From contig NC_086098.1 of NCBI RefSeq assembly GCF_963921235.1, forward strand, positions 237,770,001 through 237,834,000: a DNA stretch of 64,000 nt. Reading direction: 5' to 3'. The translations under genes and the position numbers were made by a program. The notes under the pieces are model-generated. The model worked only from the letters and a program-made list of their open reading frames with translations. It did not search any database and was not told the DNA's origin. This DNA is from Mobula hypostoma (taxonomy: Eukaryota). Below are positions 37,690 to 51,029 of this stretch, piece by piece; position 1 is the first letter of the stretch, and every line of letters starts with the position of its first letter.

Positions 37690-40600
37690 CTGAAGAACAT
37701 AGAATCGACTTTCAATTGAAAGTAATTTACCATCAGTTCCAATCTGTATTTGTTGGCCTATGTGTCCTAATTACTCAACAGATTGTAAATAAATTCATGG
37801 TATTATCAGAATCAGAATCAGGTATTTGTCGTGAGACTTGCTGTTTTGCCGTAGCAGTGTATTGCAATGCACAATAATCAAAACTATAAATTACAATAGA
37901 AAGTATATGTATGTGTCTGACTGTCTGTCTGCAAATTAAATATGTAGTGCAGAAAGAGAGGGAAATGGTGAGGTAATGTTCATGGGTTAATTGTCCATTC
38001 AGATATCTGATGGCGGAGGGGAAGAACTGATCCTAAAACTTTGAGTGTGTGTTTTCAGACTCTTATATTTCCATTTTGAGAGAAGCCATGCGCAGAGGGC
38101 ATGTCCTGGGTGATGGGGTCCATAATGATAGAAGCCGCTTTTTGAAACATGACCTTTTGAAGGTGTCCTGGATACTGAGGAGAGTGTTGGCCATGATGGA
38201 GCTAGAGGAGTTTACAATTAATATATTTAAAGGGGAGATTGATGGTTTCTCGATTAGCAAGAACGTCAGAAGTTTCAAGAAAAGGGAGGAGAATAGGGTT
38301 GAGGGGGATAGTGAAGCAGCGACGAAGGAATAGCGGAACAGACTCGATGAGCTGAATAATACTATGTCTTGTGGTATTATATTCTAATTTCTCGTTCCTT
38401 CTGAAAATACTGACCTTAGATCTCTACAGCAGTCTATCCAAATGGTTCCCTACTCATCACAGGAACTGATAATTCGGCCCAACATCCCCATACTGGTACT
38501 TGGGCTCCTGGTGGCATTTACATTTTCTTCCACTTCTGCTCTAGTCTGACACTAGGTTGATACCGATAACTTTAACGCGCCTTACTACAACATTTATTTC
38601 AGGGCTGGGGAGGGCGGTCTCTGATTTTCCTTCGAGTACTGGCCAGTGTCATTCACTGTGTGTCACTCTGTCTCAGATATGCTCGCTCCACTCTACTGTA
38701 AAAGTAGCTCGTGACTCTAGGGACACGGTTTCGATCCAGCTCTCGAATGTCATCTCTGTGAAGTGTGCACGTTTCCGCGTGATCATGTGGCATTCCAACA
38801 GATATTCCCGCTGCCTCACAGTTAGGAAGGGCTAGCTGGTAACTATGTGGCAACAAAGAATCAAAGCAAGTATGATTTCCGTTTCTATGTGGTAAGGTTA
38901 AAGGGGATACAAAGATCCAGAGGTCTAGTACAGGGTGTCTCGAGATCTGATTCGGCCAATAGCAAGCACGAATTTGAGGATTGTCAGAGTCTGAGGGGAT
39001 GTCATAGAAAGTGATCTGATGGGTCACTTTACTTTGCAACCTTTGTATCTGGGGTCTAATTTGGAATGTAATAAATCTTGGAAGTTTATAGCAATTAGTA
39101 TCAGGTTTATTATTCTCACATAAACCGAGATGCAGTGAAAAGTTTGTCATGCAGACAGATCATACGGCACATAAAACACCGAGTAGCACAAAGCGGGAAA
39201 TTGGTGAATGAAGTATTGCAGTTACAAAGAAAGCGCCATGTAGGTGAATAACAAGATGCAAGAGCCATGGCGACTAGATTTAGAGAAGAATAGATCACTG
39301 AACGGAAATCTGTCCAGCAAAGTACAGGCATAACGATGTTGTGCCTACCTTTTTATTCTAAAATCAGTGTAATCCTACCCATCTACATTGTTCCCCATTT
39401 TCCTTTCATCCATGTACCTATCTAAATCGTACAAGAGCTCCGTTCAAAGGGCCCATAGAGATATACGTCCGGGCCAGGGCGGTTACTTGGTTTGAGTTTG
39501 AAATTTAGCTAACTTTTGAGATCATAGCAAATATGATGGGTAAAGGAGAACTGGAACCTGCAGGGTCGCGCATGTTCAGAAATGTTCCTTCTGTCACAGG
39601 TAGCTCACAAATTAAGCGCGCCTAGCGTTGCGAAGTTGTGTATTGGTCTGAAGAGGGGAATGGTTAACCAACAGAGAGTCGGGTGTGAATGCGTCATTTT
39701 CGGGCCTGAACTGCTTATGTCTTGTGATGAGCTGAATGAACGACTGCGTGTCTTGTAACCGGTTTCCCCCATTGTATAAATTCTGAGGTGACTATGGGGA
39801 AATTTATAGGGTCTTGCGGTAACGTATCGGTTAGCGAAACGACTTACGGTGCCGGCTGAAAGATCAAGGCTCGATTCCTGCTGCTTTGTAAAGAGATTGT
39901 ACATTCTCCCGGTAACCCTGTGGGTTTCCTCCGGGTTCTCCGGTTTGCCCCCACATTCCAAGGACGTAGGGTTTGTGATAGTGAGTTACAGGCATGCTAT
40001 ACTGCCGCCGGAAGCGTGGCGGCACTTATGGGCTGCCCCAGCACACCTCGCTGATTTGATTAGACGGAAAAGACGCAGTTCACTGTATTTTTCCATGTAC
40101 ATGTAACAATTAAAGCTTATCTATCCAAACTTTATCGGAGTCGTGTGTCGGGAGGTGAGTACTTTCAAGGGCTCTACAACTCAGTGTTATTTATGAACTT
40201 ATTTATTATTTGTACAATTTGACTTTGTTTGTACATCGGTTGTTTGTCAGTCCTCGTTATTCATAGTTTTTCACAAATTCTGCTGTATTTCTTTCTTGTT
40301 CTACTGTGAATGTCTGTGATCTCAATGCAGTATATCGTGACATATACTTACTTCGATAATAAATGTACTTTGTATTTTGAGGAAATAAAAATTAATTATT
40401 ATGAATAAAAAGTCAATGATAATTAATCTGATTCTGATTCTGATTCTGATTCTGAGCATTTCCCTCAGCAGAGTGGCCAAGCCAAGAGGTGCCCATTTAA
40501 AGTAAGTTTGGAGTGATGATGAAGGAACTGAGGGAAAGGGCTTCACCCGGAGAGCGGTGAGAGTTTCAATGATCGGTGGGGAGCGGGGAGAAGCTCTGCT

Positions 40601-40754
40601 CACATTTACGCAGTGCTTGAATGTGACAGTTGTGCCATTAGGGCCACGGAGACAGCGCTGGAGAGCGGGATTTAGCTTGATACCAGGCATTAACACAGAG
40701 GGCCGAATGGCCTCTCGTAATAAAGCTGATGGGATTCACTAGTTTCTACGATAC

Positions 40755-41045
40755 CTTTCTGAGCGGAGACACTGTCACTGACCAGATGTTCAGTGGCGCA
40801 AGTGCAGACGGTGCCGCTACGCCAACTTCCCGCCGGGATCTGGAAGCGGCTGCTAACGCTGTAACCTCCGTCCGGATCAAATATTGGGGGATCAACGAGA
40901 CCTTCTATGGTATTTCCCGATATGTTCCATCGGATGTTCAGGGAATCGGAAGACACGCCTCTCACCAAACACATCAAGGTCACCAGTTGCATCCGGGGAA
41001 TTTCATTGGCTTGCGGCGCTAACAGGTATATCGTGGGAGGCTGTG
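40755..41045 (-). CDS. Gene B exon 3: Ig C1-set domain
   Basis: Acceptor attcAG, donor G|GTATC. PPTIYLLAP...VTLMCLV...IRWNISG...YSVSSRF...W...CTCATEH (ORF 40690..41100). Confidence 0.92.
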
Positions 41046-42399
41046 CTGAATGCGGAAAACACAACACCGCTGTATTAATTGGATGGCCAATTTTAATCAC
41101 GGTTTCAAAAAACAGGCTATTCTGGCCATCTTCTCCGTGCTGGCGGTCAAGTACGTATCTGTGCTAATCCTAGTTTACAAGGCCCTCTGTCTGTAATAGT
41201 TCGTCTACATAACTGAGCGAGTAGTTGCATCGCTATCCCTCAGGGAGTGAGATCCCAAGTCCCCTCGGAGAGATATATCCTTCTTCAGGCCTTCCCTAAT
41301 CTCCCACCCCTCCTCTGTATAGGTTTATGGATACATTTACCGGCGCCGGGGAAGCAGAGCGTTTAGCGTGACGCTATTACACTTCAGGGAGTCGGAGTTT
41401 GGAGATCCATCCTGGCGTCCACTGTAAGGAGTTTGTCGCCATGAAACGCCATTCCCCGTGGAAACCGTGGGTTTCCTCAGAATGCTCCAGTTTCCCGGCA
41501 CAGTCCAAAGACGTACCGGTTAGTAGGTTAATTGGGCATTGTATATTGTCCCGTGATTAGGCTCAGCTAATGTTCTACAGTTCTATCAGTTTACCGTCTC
41601 CACTCCAAGGAAAACAAAGCAACGCACACAGCCGACCCTCGCAAACGAAACGACATCGTTGTGATAGAGACCTACAGCGGGGAAGCAGACAATACAGCTC
41701 ATCATATCGACCAGTGGGCACCAATCCACATTAATCCCATCTTCCTACACTTAGCCAAGACCCTTCAGTCTAACTCATCAATGAACGCATCCAGACACCT
41801 CTTAGATGCTGTCAGCAAATCTGCTGCAACCATTCTAGGACATACCCACAGTTGGTCCTCTTCAGAGTCCCCCGAAACTCTTCTGCCTTATACTAAATCT
41901 ATGCTCTCTTGTCTGTCTACCTCAACTGTGTGGAAGGGCCTCCTGCTGTTCACTTCGTGTTATGAAGTCGATCTATAACCTCCCTGCCTGTCTGTTCAAT
42001 AACCTGACTAATGAAAGGCCAATATCCATTTGCCTTCATAATCATAGTATGTACGTGCGATGCCACCTTGCTGGATCACTGGATCTTGTAATCCAGGGTC
42101 CTTTTGTTCCTCAACCTCCAAATTTCAGATGTCCTTTCCTCATTAATCCTCCCAAACCGCAGCCTCTCGCGTTATTCTGGGGTTAACATTTATAATCCAT
42201 TTCAACAACACTTCAGTATCACCTCTTGGACAAAGACTAACTTTCACACTATCCGCACTATCCACTATTTCACCCTTCTTTGTCTTCTCCACAAAATTAC
42301 TGATCTTGCTTCTTATATCAAAATCTAAGCTATTCAAGAATATTTCAAATAGCAAAGGTACTTGGAGAACATTTCCTCCACCTATTCTTGCGGAACACC

Positions 42400-42890
42400 G
42401 CTAGTAAGGATGTGGAAGCATTGAAAGGGTACAGAGGAGATTTACCAGGATGCTACCTGGTTTAGAGAGTATACATTATGATCAGAGATCAAGGGAGCTT
42501 GGGCTTTACTCTTTGGAGAGAAGGAGGATGAGAGGAGACATGATAGAGGTGTACAAGATAATAACAGGAATAGATAGAGTGAATAGCCAGCGCCTCTTCC
42601 CCAGGGCACCACTGCTCAATACAAGAGGACATGGCTTTAAAGTAAGGGGTGGGAAGGGCAAGGGGATATTAGAAGAAGGTTTTTTACTCAGAGAGTGATT
42701 GGTGCGTGGAATGCACTGCCTGAGTCAGTGGTGGAGGCAGATACACTAGTGAAGTTTAAGAGACTACTAGACAGGTATATGGAGGAATCTAAGGTGGGGG
42801 CTTATATGGGAGGGAGGGTTTGAGGGTCGGCACAACATTGTGAGCCGAAGGGCCTCTACTGTGCTGTACTATTCTATGTTCTATGTTCTA
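42400..42890 (+). mobile_element. CR1 3' fragment
   Basis: LGLYSLERRRMRGDMIEVYKI; ctatgtt tail. Confidence 0.9.
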
Positions 42891-43639
42891 ACAGGCATCT
42901 AACCTTCCCTTGCTCCTTGTTGCCAGTCTCATGCGGAATTGTTTGATAAATTGCCCTGGTCCATGTTTCTGTGGGACTTTGTCAGGTCTCACTGAAGTGC
43001 TTGCAAAGCATATATTCCTTCAGTTAGTCCTGACGAAGGGTCTCGGCCTGAAACGTCGACTGCACCTCTTCCTATAGATGCTGCTTGGCCTGCTGCGTTC
43101 ACCAGCAACTTTGATATGTGTTGCATATATTGATTGCTCTGTTCTCAATCATAGACTCGGCCAGTTCTTTAGGAATTTCGATCAGATTGTTCAGACATGC
43201 TCAGCTATTGACAAAGCCAGCTTGGCTGTCTCTGATTAGACCTTGTCACTCCAAGATATTATTAAACCTGTCCCTCGGAGTTCAGTCCTTTAAGATTTCT
43301 ACGACTGATGTTCGATTCATAGGTCTATAGTTGCCAGTCTTTTCCCTGGTACGCCAATTGGTATCTTCCAGAAGCCTCACATGTACGCAGTGAATATTTA
43401 CAATATCTCAGTTGAAGACCTAGCAATCTCACAGTTTGCTTGTCACGGACGCCTCGGATAGATCCGCTGATTTTCCACTTTTAAGGCCGCTACGGCTTCA
43501 ATCATGTTTTTGTCATTTATTGAGATTTACACCAAAAGTTCACCTTTCCCTTCACCGAAGCCTTCATCTACAAGGTGCGCTCCCTTTGTGAATTCTGATG
43601 AAGTGTGTTCATTTGGAGTCGATTGTCAAGGTTGATGTG

Positions 43640-44985
43640 ACACAGTACCTGGAGGTATATGGCATATGGCATAATAGGCAGAGCTCAGCATGGATTCCTC
43701 AAAGGAAAATCCTGCCTGACAAACCTATTACAATTTTTTGAGGAAATTACAAGTCGGCTAGACAAGGGAGATGCAGTGGATGTTGTATACTTGGATTTTC
43801 AGAAGGCCTTTGACATGGTGCCACACATGAGGCCACTTAACAAGAAAAGAGCCCGTGGAATTATGGGGAAGTTACATACGTGGATAGAGCGTTGGCTGAT
43901 TGGCAGGAAACAGAGAGTGGGAATAAAGGGATCCTATTCTGGTTGGCTGCCGGTTACCAGTGGTGTTCCACGGGGGTCCGTGTTGGGGACGCTTCTTTTT
44001 ACATTGTGCATCAACGATTTGGATTATAGAATAGATGGCTTTGTGGCTAAGTTTGTTGACGATACGAAGATAGGTGGAGGGGCCAGTAGTGCTGAGGAAA
44101 CAGAGAGTCTGCAGAGAGACTTGGATAGATTGGAATAATGGGCAAAGGACTGGTAAATGAAATACAATGTTGGAAAGTGTATGGTTATGCACTTTGGCAG
44201 AAGAAATAAACGAGAGGACTATTATTTATATGGGGAAAGAATTCAAAGTACTGAGATGCAATGGAAATTGGGAATTCTCGTACAGGATACCCTTAAGGTT
44301 AACCTCCAGGTTGAGTCGGTGGTGAAGAAGACGAATGCAATGTTGGCATTCGTTTCTAGAGGAATAGAATATAGGAGCAGGGATGTGACGTTGAGGCTCT
44401 TTAAGGCGCTGGTGAGACCTCACTTGGAGTACTGTGGGTAGTTTTGGGCTCCTGATTTAAGAAAGGATGTGCTGACGTTGGAGAAGGTACAGAGAAGATT
44501 CACTAGAATGATTCCGGGATTGAGACGGTTAATATATGAGGAAGGTTTGTCCGATCTTGGAATGTATTCCTTGGAGGTTAGAAGAATGAGGGGAGACCTC
44601 AGAGAAACATTTCGAATGTTGAAAAGCATGGACAGAGTGGATGTGGCAAAGTTGTTTCCCATGGTGGGGGAGTCTAGTACGAGAGGGCATGACTAAAGGA
44701 TTGAAGGGCGCCCGTTCAGAACAGAAAGGCGAAGAAATTTTTTTAGTCAGAGGGTGGTGAATCCATGGAATTTGTTGCCATGGGCAGCAGTGTAGGCAAA
44801 GTCATTGGGTGCATTTAAGGAAGAGATTGATAGGTATCTGAGTAGCCAGGGCATCAAAGGTTATGGTGAGAAGGCGGGAGAGTGGGACTAAATGGGAGAA
44901 TGGATCAGCGCATGATAAAATGGCGGAGCAGACTCGATGGGCCGAATGGCCGGTTTCTGCTCCTTTGTCTTATGGTGTTATGGTC
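43640..44985 (+). mobile_element. CR1 (subfamily B) in gene B intron 2
   Basis: QHGFLKGKSCLTNL...YLDFQKAFD...; several stops. Confidence 0.95.
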
Positions 44986-46491
44986 ATTTATGACGACTCC
45001 AATCTCTTCTGGCTCCAAAGTCAGATTCGCCCGTTGCTCGAAATGGGCTCTAATTTCCATTTCCATGGATGATCTTTCGCCCTTCATACACTTTTAGGTG
45101 GTTTGCAGATAAGCTTTAATCTGCTTGCCAGTGATATTTTGTTACTTTCCTTAATCTGCCTTTTAAGCATCGCCTTGCGTTTTTATACCAGGAAGGGCTT
45201 CGTTCGTCTTTAACCTCCTATACATACCATCAGTTTCATTTTTTTATTTTTATCCATCCTCAAAAAACTTGTCGTCCATGGTTCTCTGAGATTATGACTG
45301 CTACCTATTACCCTTACAGGAACATGTTGGCCCTGAGCTCTTCCCATTTCTCCTTCCATACACATATGGACTTACCAGCAAGCGGGTCCTCCCATTCAAC
45401 TCTATCCAGGTCCTGTCTAATACTAACGAACACGGATTTGCCCAGTTTATTTCTGGTTCATGTGAACTTTTATATTCCAAACCGACTTGAAATATGTGGA
45501 GTCACGGCCACAATTCCAAAACCGCTCCCCAGCTGACACTTCGCCAAACTGACGAGCCAGAAGGTTAAATCCTCAGCTTCCTCTCCAGCGCAATCGCGCC
45601 CCTGCTATAGTTTAACGTCCAGGCTCCAATTTTTAACACATGACTCCAATTTTGGTTTGATTAAAGTGTTACACAGTTTGAATATACGCACTTCCTTGCT
45701 CTTAGATTCTATTCCGCGGCAACTGAACACAAGTATTTGGTATGTTCGCTTCCGCACCTTGTCTCCAAGTCGCCTTTGGTACTGCCGTTCATTATATCTG
45801 TTCCCGAGCTTCCAAAATACTTCGCCTCAAATTTCTCAGATTTAAATTTCATCTGCCATTGTTCTGACCACATTCAAGGGAGCCACGGTAGCGTAGCTGT
45901 TACGGCAACTCTTTAGAGAGCCAAATGTAAGACTGTGGTTCAATCCCCGTAGCTACCTGTCAGGGTTAGTACGAGAACGCGTGGATTTCCTCCGTGTGCT
46001 CTGATTTCCTCCCACATTCTATAGATGTGAAAATTAACTGGTAATTGAAAGAGACTGATGCCGTGCTGTATCTCTAAATCAAATTGAATTAACCTCATCA
46101 GTATCGCTCTGTAGCTCAAACCTAATCTCCGCACTTCCAACAGCATCACAAATACCCGTCTCATTTCTGAACGTATTAATTATACTTCCCACGTACCCTC
46201 CGGGCCCCAGCAAACGCCACCATGTACAGTCCTAAATCAAGCTACGAAAGGAGTAGACTTGGACATGGGATTCGCAACCCCATCCCGTAAAACTTCAGTG
46301 CTACAGTAACGCAAACAGAAGCTCCCTGGGAGAAGAAGGACCTTGGGCTACACACGGGGACAATTTGAAAGTGGCCCAGGATAGTAGACTCTGGCGAGCT
46401 GCTTTCAGCGCCTATGCCCAATAGGGATGATGGACTTTAAAAAAGGATCCCCGCATCAAAAGAAATGTATGAAGTTGTTACGACGAGTTAC

Positions 46492-46818
46492 CTGTGACCA
46501 CTAGTTTGGATCCATTGCCGAACTCGCCGAAGAGCTGATCTGCGCAGAAGTAGATCCCAGAATCATTTCGCTGGACGTTTTCTATCACCAGGGAGTAAGT
46601 GGCTGATTTTTCGTCCACCTGGCCCGAGAACCTCCCCTCTGCTTCCACGAATGTGCCCACCCTGTAAACGAACTGCAGATGCCTTTGGTCGCTCCGTTTA
46701 TACCAGTTTATATAAGCAAGCACACCCCGGTCCCGGCTGCAGTTCAGGACGGCCCGATCTCCGACACGGACGGTCTGAATCGGGGGAGACTGGAACAAGG
46801 CGGCCTGCGACACACAAA
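46492..46818 (-). CDS. Gene B exon 2: Ig V domain with germline-joined J motif
   Basis: Acceptor ttttttAG, donor G|GTAAC. AVLNC...INWYKR...RFSG...YSLVIENVQRNDSGIYFC...FGNGSKLVVT (ORF 46478..46813). Confidence 0.95.
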
Positions 46819-47509
46819 CTAAAAAAAGGAAGATTTAATCACAGATGTTATCCTCTCACGCATGATACAGCGACTAACCGCGCCATCTTATTACGAATTG
46901 AGACTTTGGAACACAGAAAGAGCAGCATGCTCAGTCTGTACGGTTAGTTGTACTACCAGCTGTTCTAGTCCCATAATTCCTTTCTTAAAACTCCGTTGGA
47001 AATCATTCCAGTTATTTCATTCCCTGGTGGGGTAGGAATAAATTTACCAGACCTTCCCTCCCGAGTAATCTATCTTCCTAATTCTACCTTCTGCTTTCTC
47101 TGATTATCGGCTATCGGTAGTTAAATAAAGATATGAACATAGAATATAGATCAGTACAGCACAGTTACGGGCCCTTTTGTGTCGAGCCAATTAAATTAAT
47201 AATAAAGTGGCCATCTAATCTCTTCCGCCGACACAACGGTCATTTTGCGCGCATCAATGCGCCTATCTAAACGTATTTTAAAACTTCCTCATGTGTCTGG
47301 CTCTGCCACCACCCCAGCACTTTCCAAGCACCACCATTATCTACCCCGCCCATCTCCTTCAAATCTACCCCCTTTCAACCTAACTGCATGCCCTCCGATA
47401 TTACAACCCCCTTCTTTATTCTACCAAATCCCTTCAGTTAATTAACGATCAACATTCCCTTTGAACGAGCTGCACAAGCTCTTCTCTGCTGGAAATTCTG
47501 GTCACTTAC

Positions 47510-47552
47510 CTTGCAGTAAGTAAGAGAGCGCGAAGACTGAGAAGCATCTCAT
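47510..47552 (-). CDS. Gene B exon 1: signal peptide (MRCFSVFALSYLLQ)
   Basis: ATG at 47552, 43-nt exon, phase-1 donor G|GTAAGT. Confidence 0.82.
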
Positions 47553-47719
47553 TGTTCGTGACCGAGTTAAACTCCGAGTGTTAATCGCAGACGCGTGTTC
47601 ATCGGTTTGTAAGATCAGTGCAAGGGAGGGGTGAGATCCTTTGTAATTGATGAAAATCAAACGTAATGCTAATTAGTAAATGTTCGGTTGTATTGGAACA
47701 AGGTAGAGGCGTTCTGTGG

Positions 47720-47734
47720 GTTTCCTGTTTACGC
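47720..47734 (-). promoter_or_regulatory. Composite FOX/ETS-like promoter motif (GCGTAAACAGGAAAC) 168 nt upstream of the gene B ATG
   Basis: The same 15-mer occurs at 24897-24911, with variants at 3501 and 59324, each 153-183 nt upstream of a leader-like exon. Confidence 0.55.
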
Positions 47735-48618
47735 GGGGCCAGGTACACGCAGATGGAACGCGGTTTGCAAATACATAGAAAAATATATACGTCTACTCGC
47801 GTCGGTCTGACCACACTCGAAGCACTCTACGCCGTGCTATCCCTGGGGTGTGAGACTGTAGACAGGACTCTAGTTAGATTTATCGTTAAGGCCTAATTAG
47901 TACAGGAAATCTTACGCCAGAGAAGTATATGCAGAGGTGTGGGCGGCTACCTTGTCGGGGTTAATTTTAAATCTAAAAGTGTTTGCTGAAGTGGTTTTGG
48001 CGATGTTTCCAGGCGGCGATGGTTGTGTTGGAGGCGGCCAAGGACGGTTTTAACATGTTTCAGGCCTTCTGTCTGCCCAAGTTGTTTAATACACAACGGA
48101 GTGTGTTTTTCTAATCGAGCCTGCAAAGTTGAAAAGGCACCGAGCAATATTTACACAGAAAGCATCCACAAAGCGGCCACGTAATGGCGTCTGGTCTGGA
48201 TTGATAGATATTGGCTCCAAGGACGGAAAGGGATCACTTTCTCTTGTTTCAGTGGAGTGGCCATGAATAGGCGGGTTTCAGTCTAACTTCTCGCCTGAAG
48301 ACCGCACAGTGGGCAGCGCGGCTCGTTGAAGTATTTGCACAGAAGTTGAAATTAAACAGATTAAGGAGGAGAGGAATGAAGTTAAATGTTGAGCAGGGTG
48401 ACGGGAGGAGGCTGGCATGGAGTGCGTTGCCAGTGACCAGTGGGAGTTGTACTGATGTGATGAAACGATCTTTCTGGAATGGACGGGAAAGAAAGATTTT
48501 TTTCATTGTTGCTCGGTACAATAATACGCCAATTATACTGTTTGATTGCACTAAGTGGTTCTATTATCTTGATCGAAAATCGCATCACATGTATAAAAAC
48601 ACACACACACATACACAC

Positions 48619-48622
<4 letters not shown>

Positions 48623-48674
<52 letters not shown>
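48623..48674. repeat. (GA)n microsatellite preceded by CA repeats
   Basis: Directly visible. Confidence 0.97.
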
Positions 48675-48680
<6 letters not shown>

Positions 48681-49189
48681 AACCCTCTCCTATCCTTCTA
48701 CTTTTCCAGATGGCTTTTAAACTTTGTTAATGTACGCGCCTCGACACAGTTTCTGGCAGCTCCTTTCAAATACGCACCACCCTTTGCGTGAAAAAGCAGC
48801 CCCTGATTCTCGTTTTAAATCTCTCGCATCTGATCTTAAACCTATGTCCTCTTCTTAGCGCCCGTTAGCTGGAAAAAAGACAGTGTGTTTTCGCCTTGCC
48901 TTCGCCACTCATGATCTTATATGCCTGTCAGGTCACTTTTCAATTTCTAACATTCCAGAGAACAGTCCAACCCTACTCAAACTTCCCTTGTAACTCGTGT
49001 CCTCAAGTCAATACAACATCCTTTTAAGCTCTTTCTAGTTCATACCGATTGAATTGGACCCGGATTGTGTATTTCGCCATGACGTTAGATTCCATGCGGA
49101 TCAAATAACAGGAAAATTCAACCTCTCCCTGCATTGGTTTACTTCCCTCCTCCTTTAAGTAGACCACTATCATTCCAGTACTTAAGGGA

Positions 49190-49760
49190 AACAAAATGAC
49201 GTGCCTTAAAGACCACCGCACTGTGGCTTTGACATCTGGCATCATGAGAAGTTCCGCCAGCCTCTTCATGGCCCGTATCCACCCCAGCTTTCTGGACAAT
49301 CTCCACCGGCTGCAATTCACCTACCGCCGAAACAGGTCTATGGCGGACGCCATAACCAGAGCCAGGAGAAACTGCAGAGAATTGTGAACAGAGCTCAGCA
49401 TACCACGGAAACCACCCTCAGTAAACATAATGAAAGACCGCACCCACCCCGCACATTCTCAGTTCTTCGCTCTCCCAACAGGCAGAAGATACAAAAGCCA
49501 TGAAAGCACGTACCACTAGGCACAAGGGCAGCTCCCATCTACTCTTATGAGACCCCTGTACAGACCTCTTGTGCGGATGGAATTCTGGCTACCTGGATAT
49601 TATTTGCACTTCATTGTTTACCCGCACTGCGCTTTCTCTGTAGCTGCTACACTTTATTCTACATTGTAATTGTACCTCGTATTACCTTAGTGCATTGTGT
49701 AGTGATTTGATCTGTCTAAAGAGTACACAGGTCAAGCTTTCAACTAGATATTGGTACATG
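49190..49760 (+). mobile_element. Rex1/Babar-like deleted fragment
   Basis: RTVALTSGIM...LQFTYRRNRSMADAI. Confidence 0.7.
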
Positions 49761-51029
49761 TCACAATAATAAACTAATACTGTTGCCAATATTTTTAATA
49801 ACACCTTTATTTAGTTTAATAACATCATGTTAACGTGGGAAACTGGGGTCTGTATATTTCGGGGACGATATGTCTTCATTGGTAGCACAGATAAAGGGTA
49901 TCGACCCGAAATGTCCACTGTCCACTTTCCTCCACAGATACTGCCTGACCCGCTGAGTTCCTCCAGTTCCTTTGTGAGTTGCTTCGGATCTCTCTTCAGT
50001 CGCTAGCTGGGCGATTGTGGTAGGTCGTTGTCCCTTTGCAGGAGGCCCTCCACCGGAGTATGAGGGACCAGATGAAAGAGGACCCTGCCCCTTTAATGGG
50101 AAGGGAAGGTTTCCCGGAGTGGCAACACGGTACTGTTGAATCAGGTTAGAATTCAGACAGAGTGGACAGACCCTTTAAAATTCTGGCGACCGGATTTCTA
50201 AAGAAGTGCTCGTTGTCCCCTGGAACCGCAGCAGTCAATCCTGTCGTTTGCAGCGCCTGCGATGGAGGAGGGACGCTGCCCCTTTAAGCGGCTGCTTTCT
50301 TTTCCGGCAGCTCCTAGGAAAACAAGGGGCCCCGTCTTTACATTTCCTCCAATCAGCCCTCTTCCAGAAGGCGGCGACTGATTCCCAGTGACACAGAGGC
50401 GGTGAGCGCGCAGTTGGCCACTTTGATCCGTAAAGCCGTTCCCAACAGGCACCATGAAACGCCGCGATCCCCGCGGGACGAGTAGTCCCGAACAGGAGGA
50501 GGTGACTCCCCGTTCTGCATACTGGTGAGACCCCGCTGAGCCCTTTTCAGACCGTTTCCCTGAAGTGTACGACTCAGCGGAAACGTCTAACCGCTGTAAC
50601 TGTTTGCGCGAGAAAGAAGCTGACTGCGCGGGTGCAATGTGTTCTCTTTCCCTGCGAAAAATTTACTTAAAATATCCAGTAGGGATTTCGCCGTTGGTAA
50701 CTTGCTACTTTCAAACTTTGCCCTAAGTGGAACAGGAGATACAGTTCTTGTAGTGACAGGCGTCAGGAGATATGAGGGCAGGGGATGGTTGAAGTTTGTC
50801 AGGAGGGGCGTGGCGGGAGGAGATGGGGAGATCCGGTGATTTCGGAGGTGGGAACACGCGGTCGTCCTGATGGCAGTGGGATGGGAGTGATTGGAGCAGG
50901 CTATCGGAGGGGTGGTCCAGATGACCAGATGAAACCAAGAGAGTGCCACGTGATTAGATCTGTTCCTGAGAGCTACCAGGCCCGGCCGCTGCCCCGAAGA
51001 CGAGAGTTCGAATCCCCTCTGGCCAGCTG

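Noticed and set aside
46478-46813. Rearranging TCR/Ig V segment
   Set aside because: The J motif and splice donor are in the same germline exon, and no heptamer-nonamer RSS flanks either V exon. CACAGTG hits at about 37604, 48305, 58603 and 60576 lack a nonamer or an adjacent V.
48346-48720. ORF with an ERERER run
   Set aside because: Translation of a (GA)n microsatellite.
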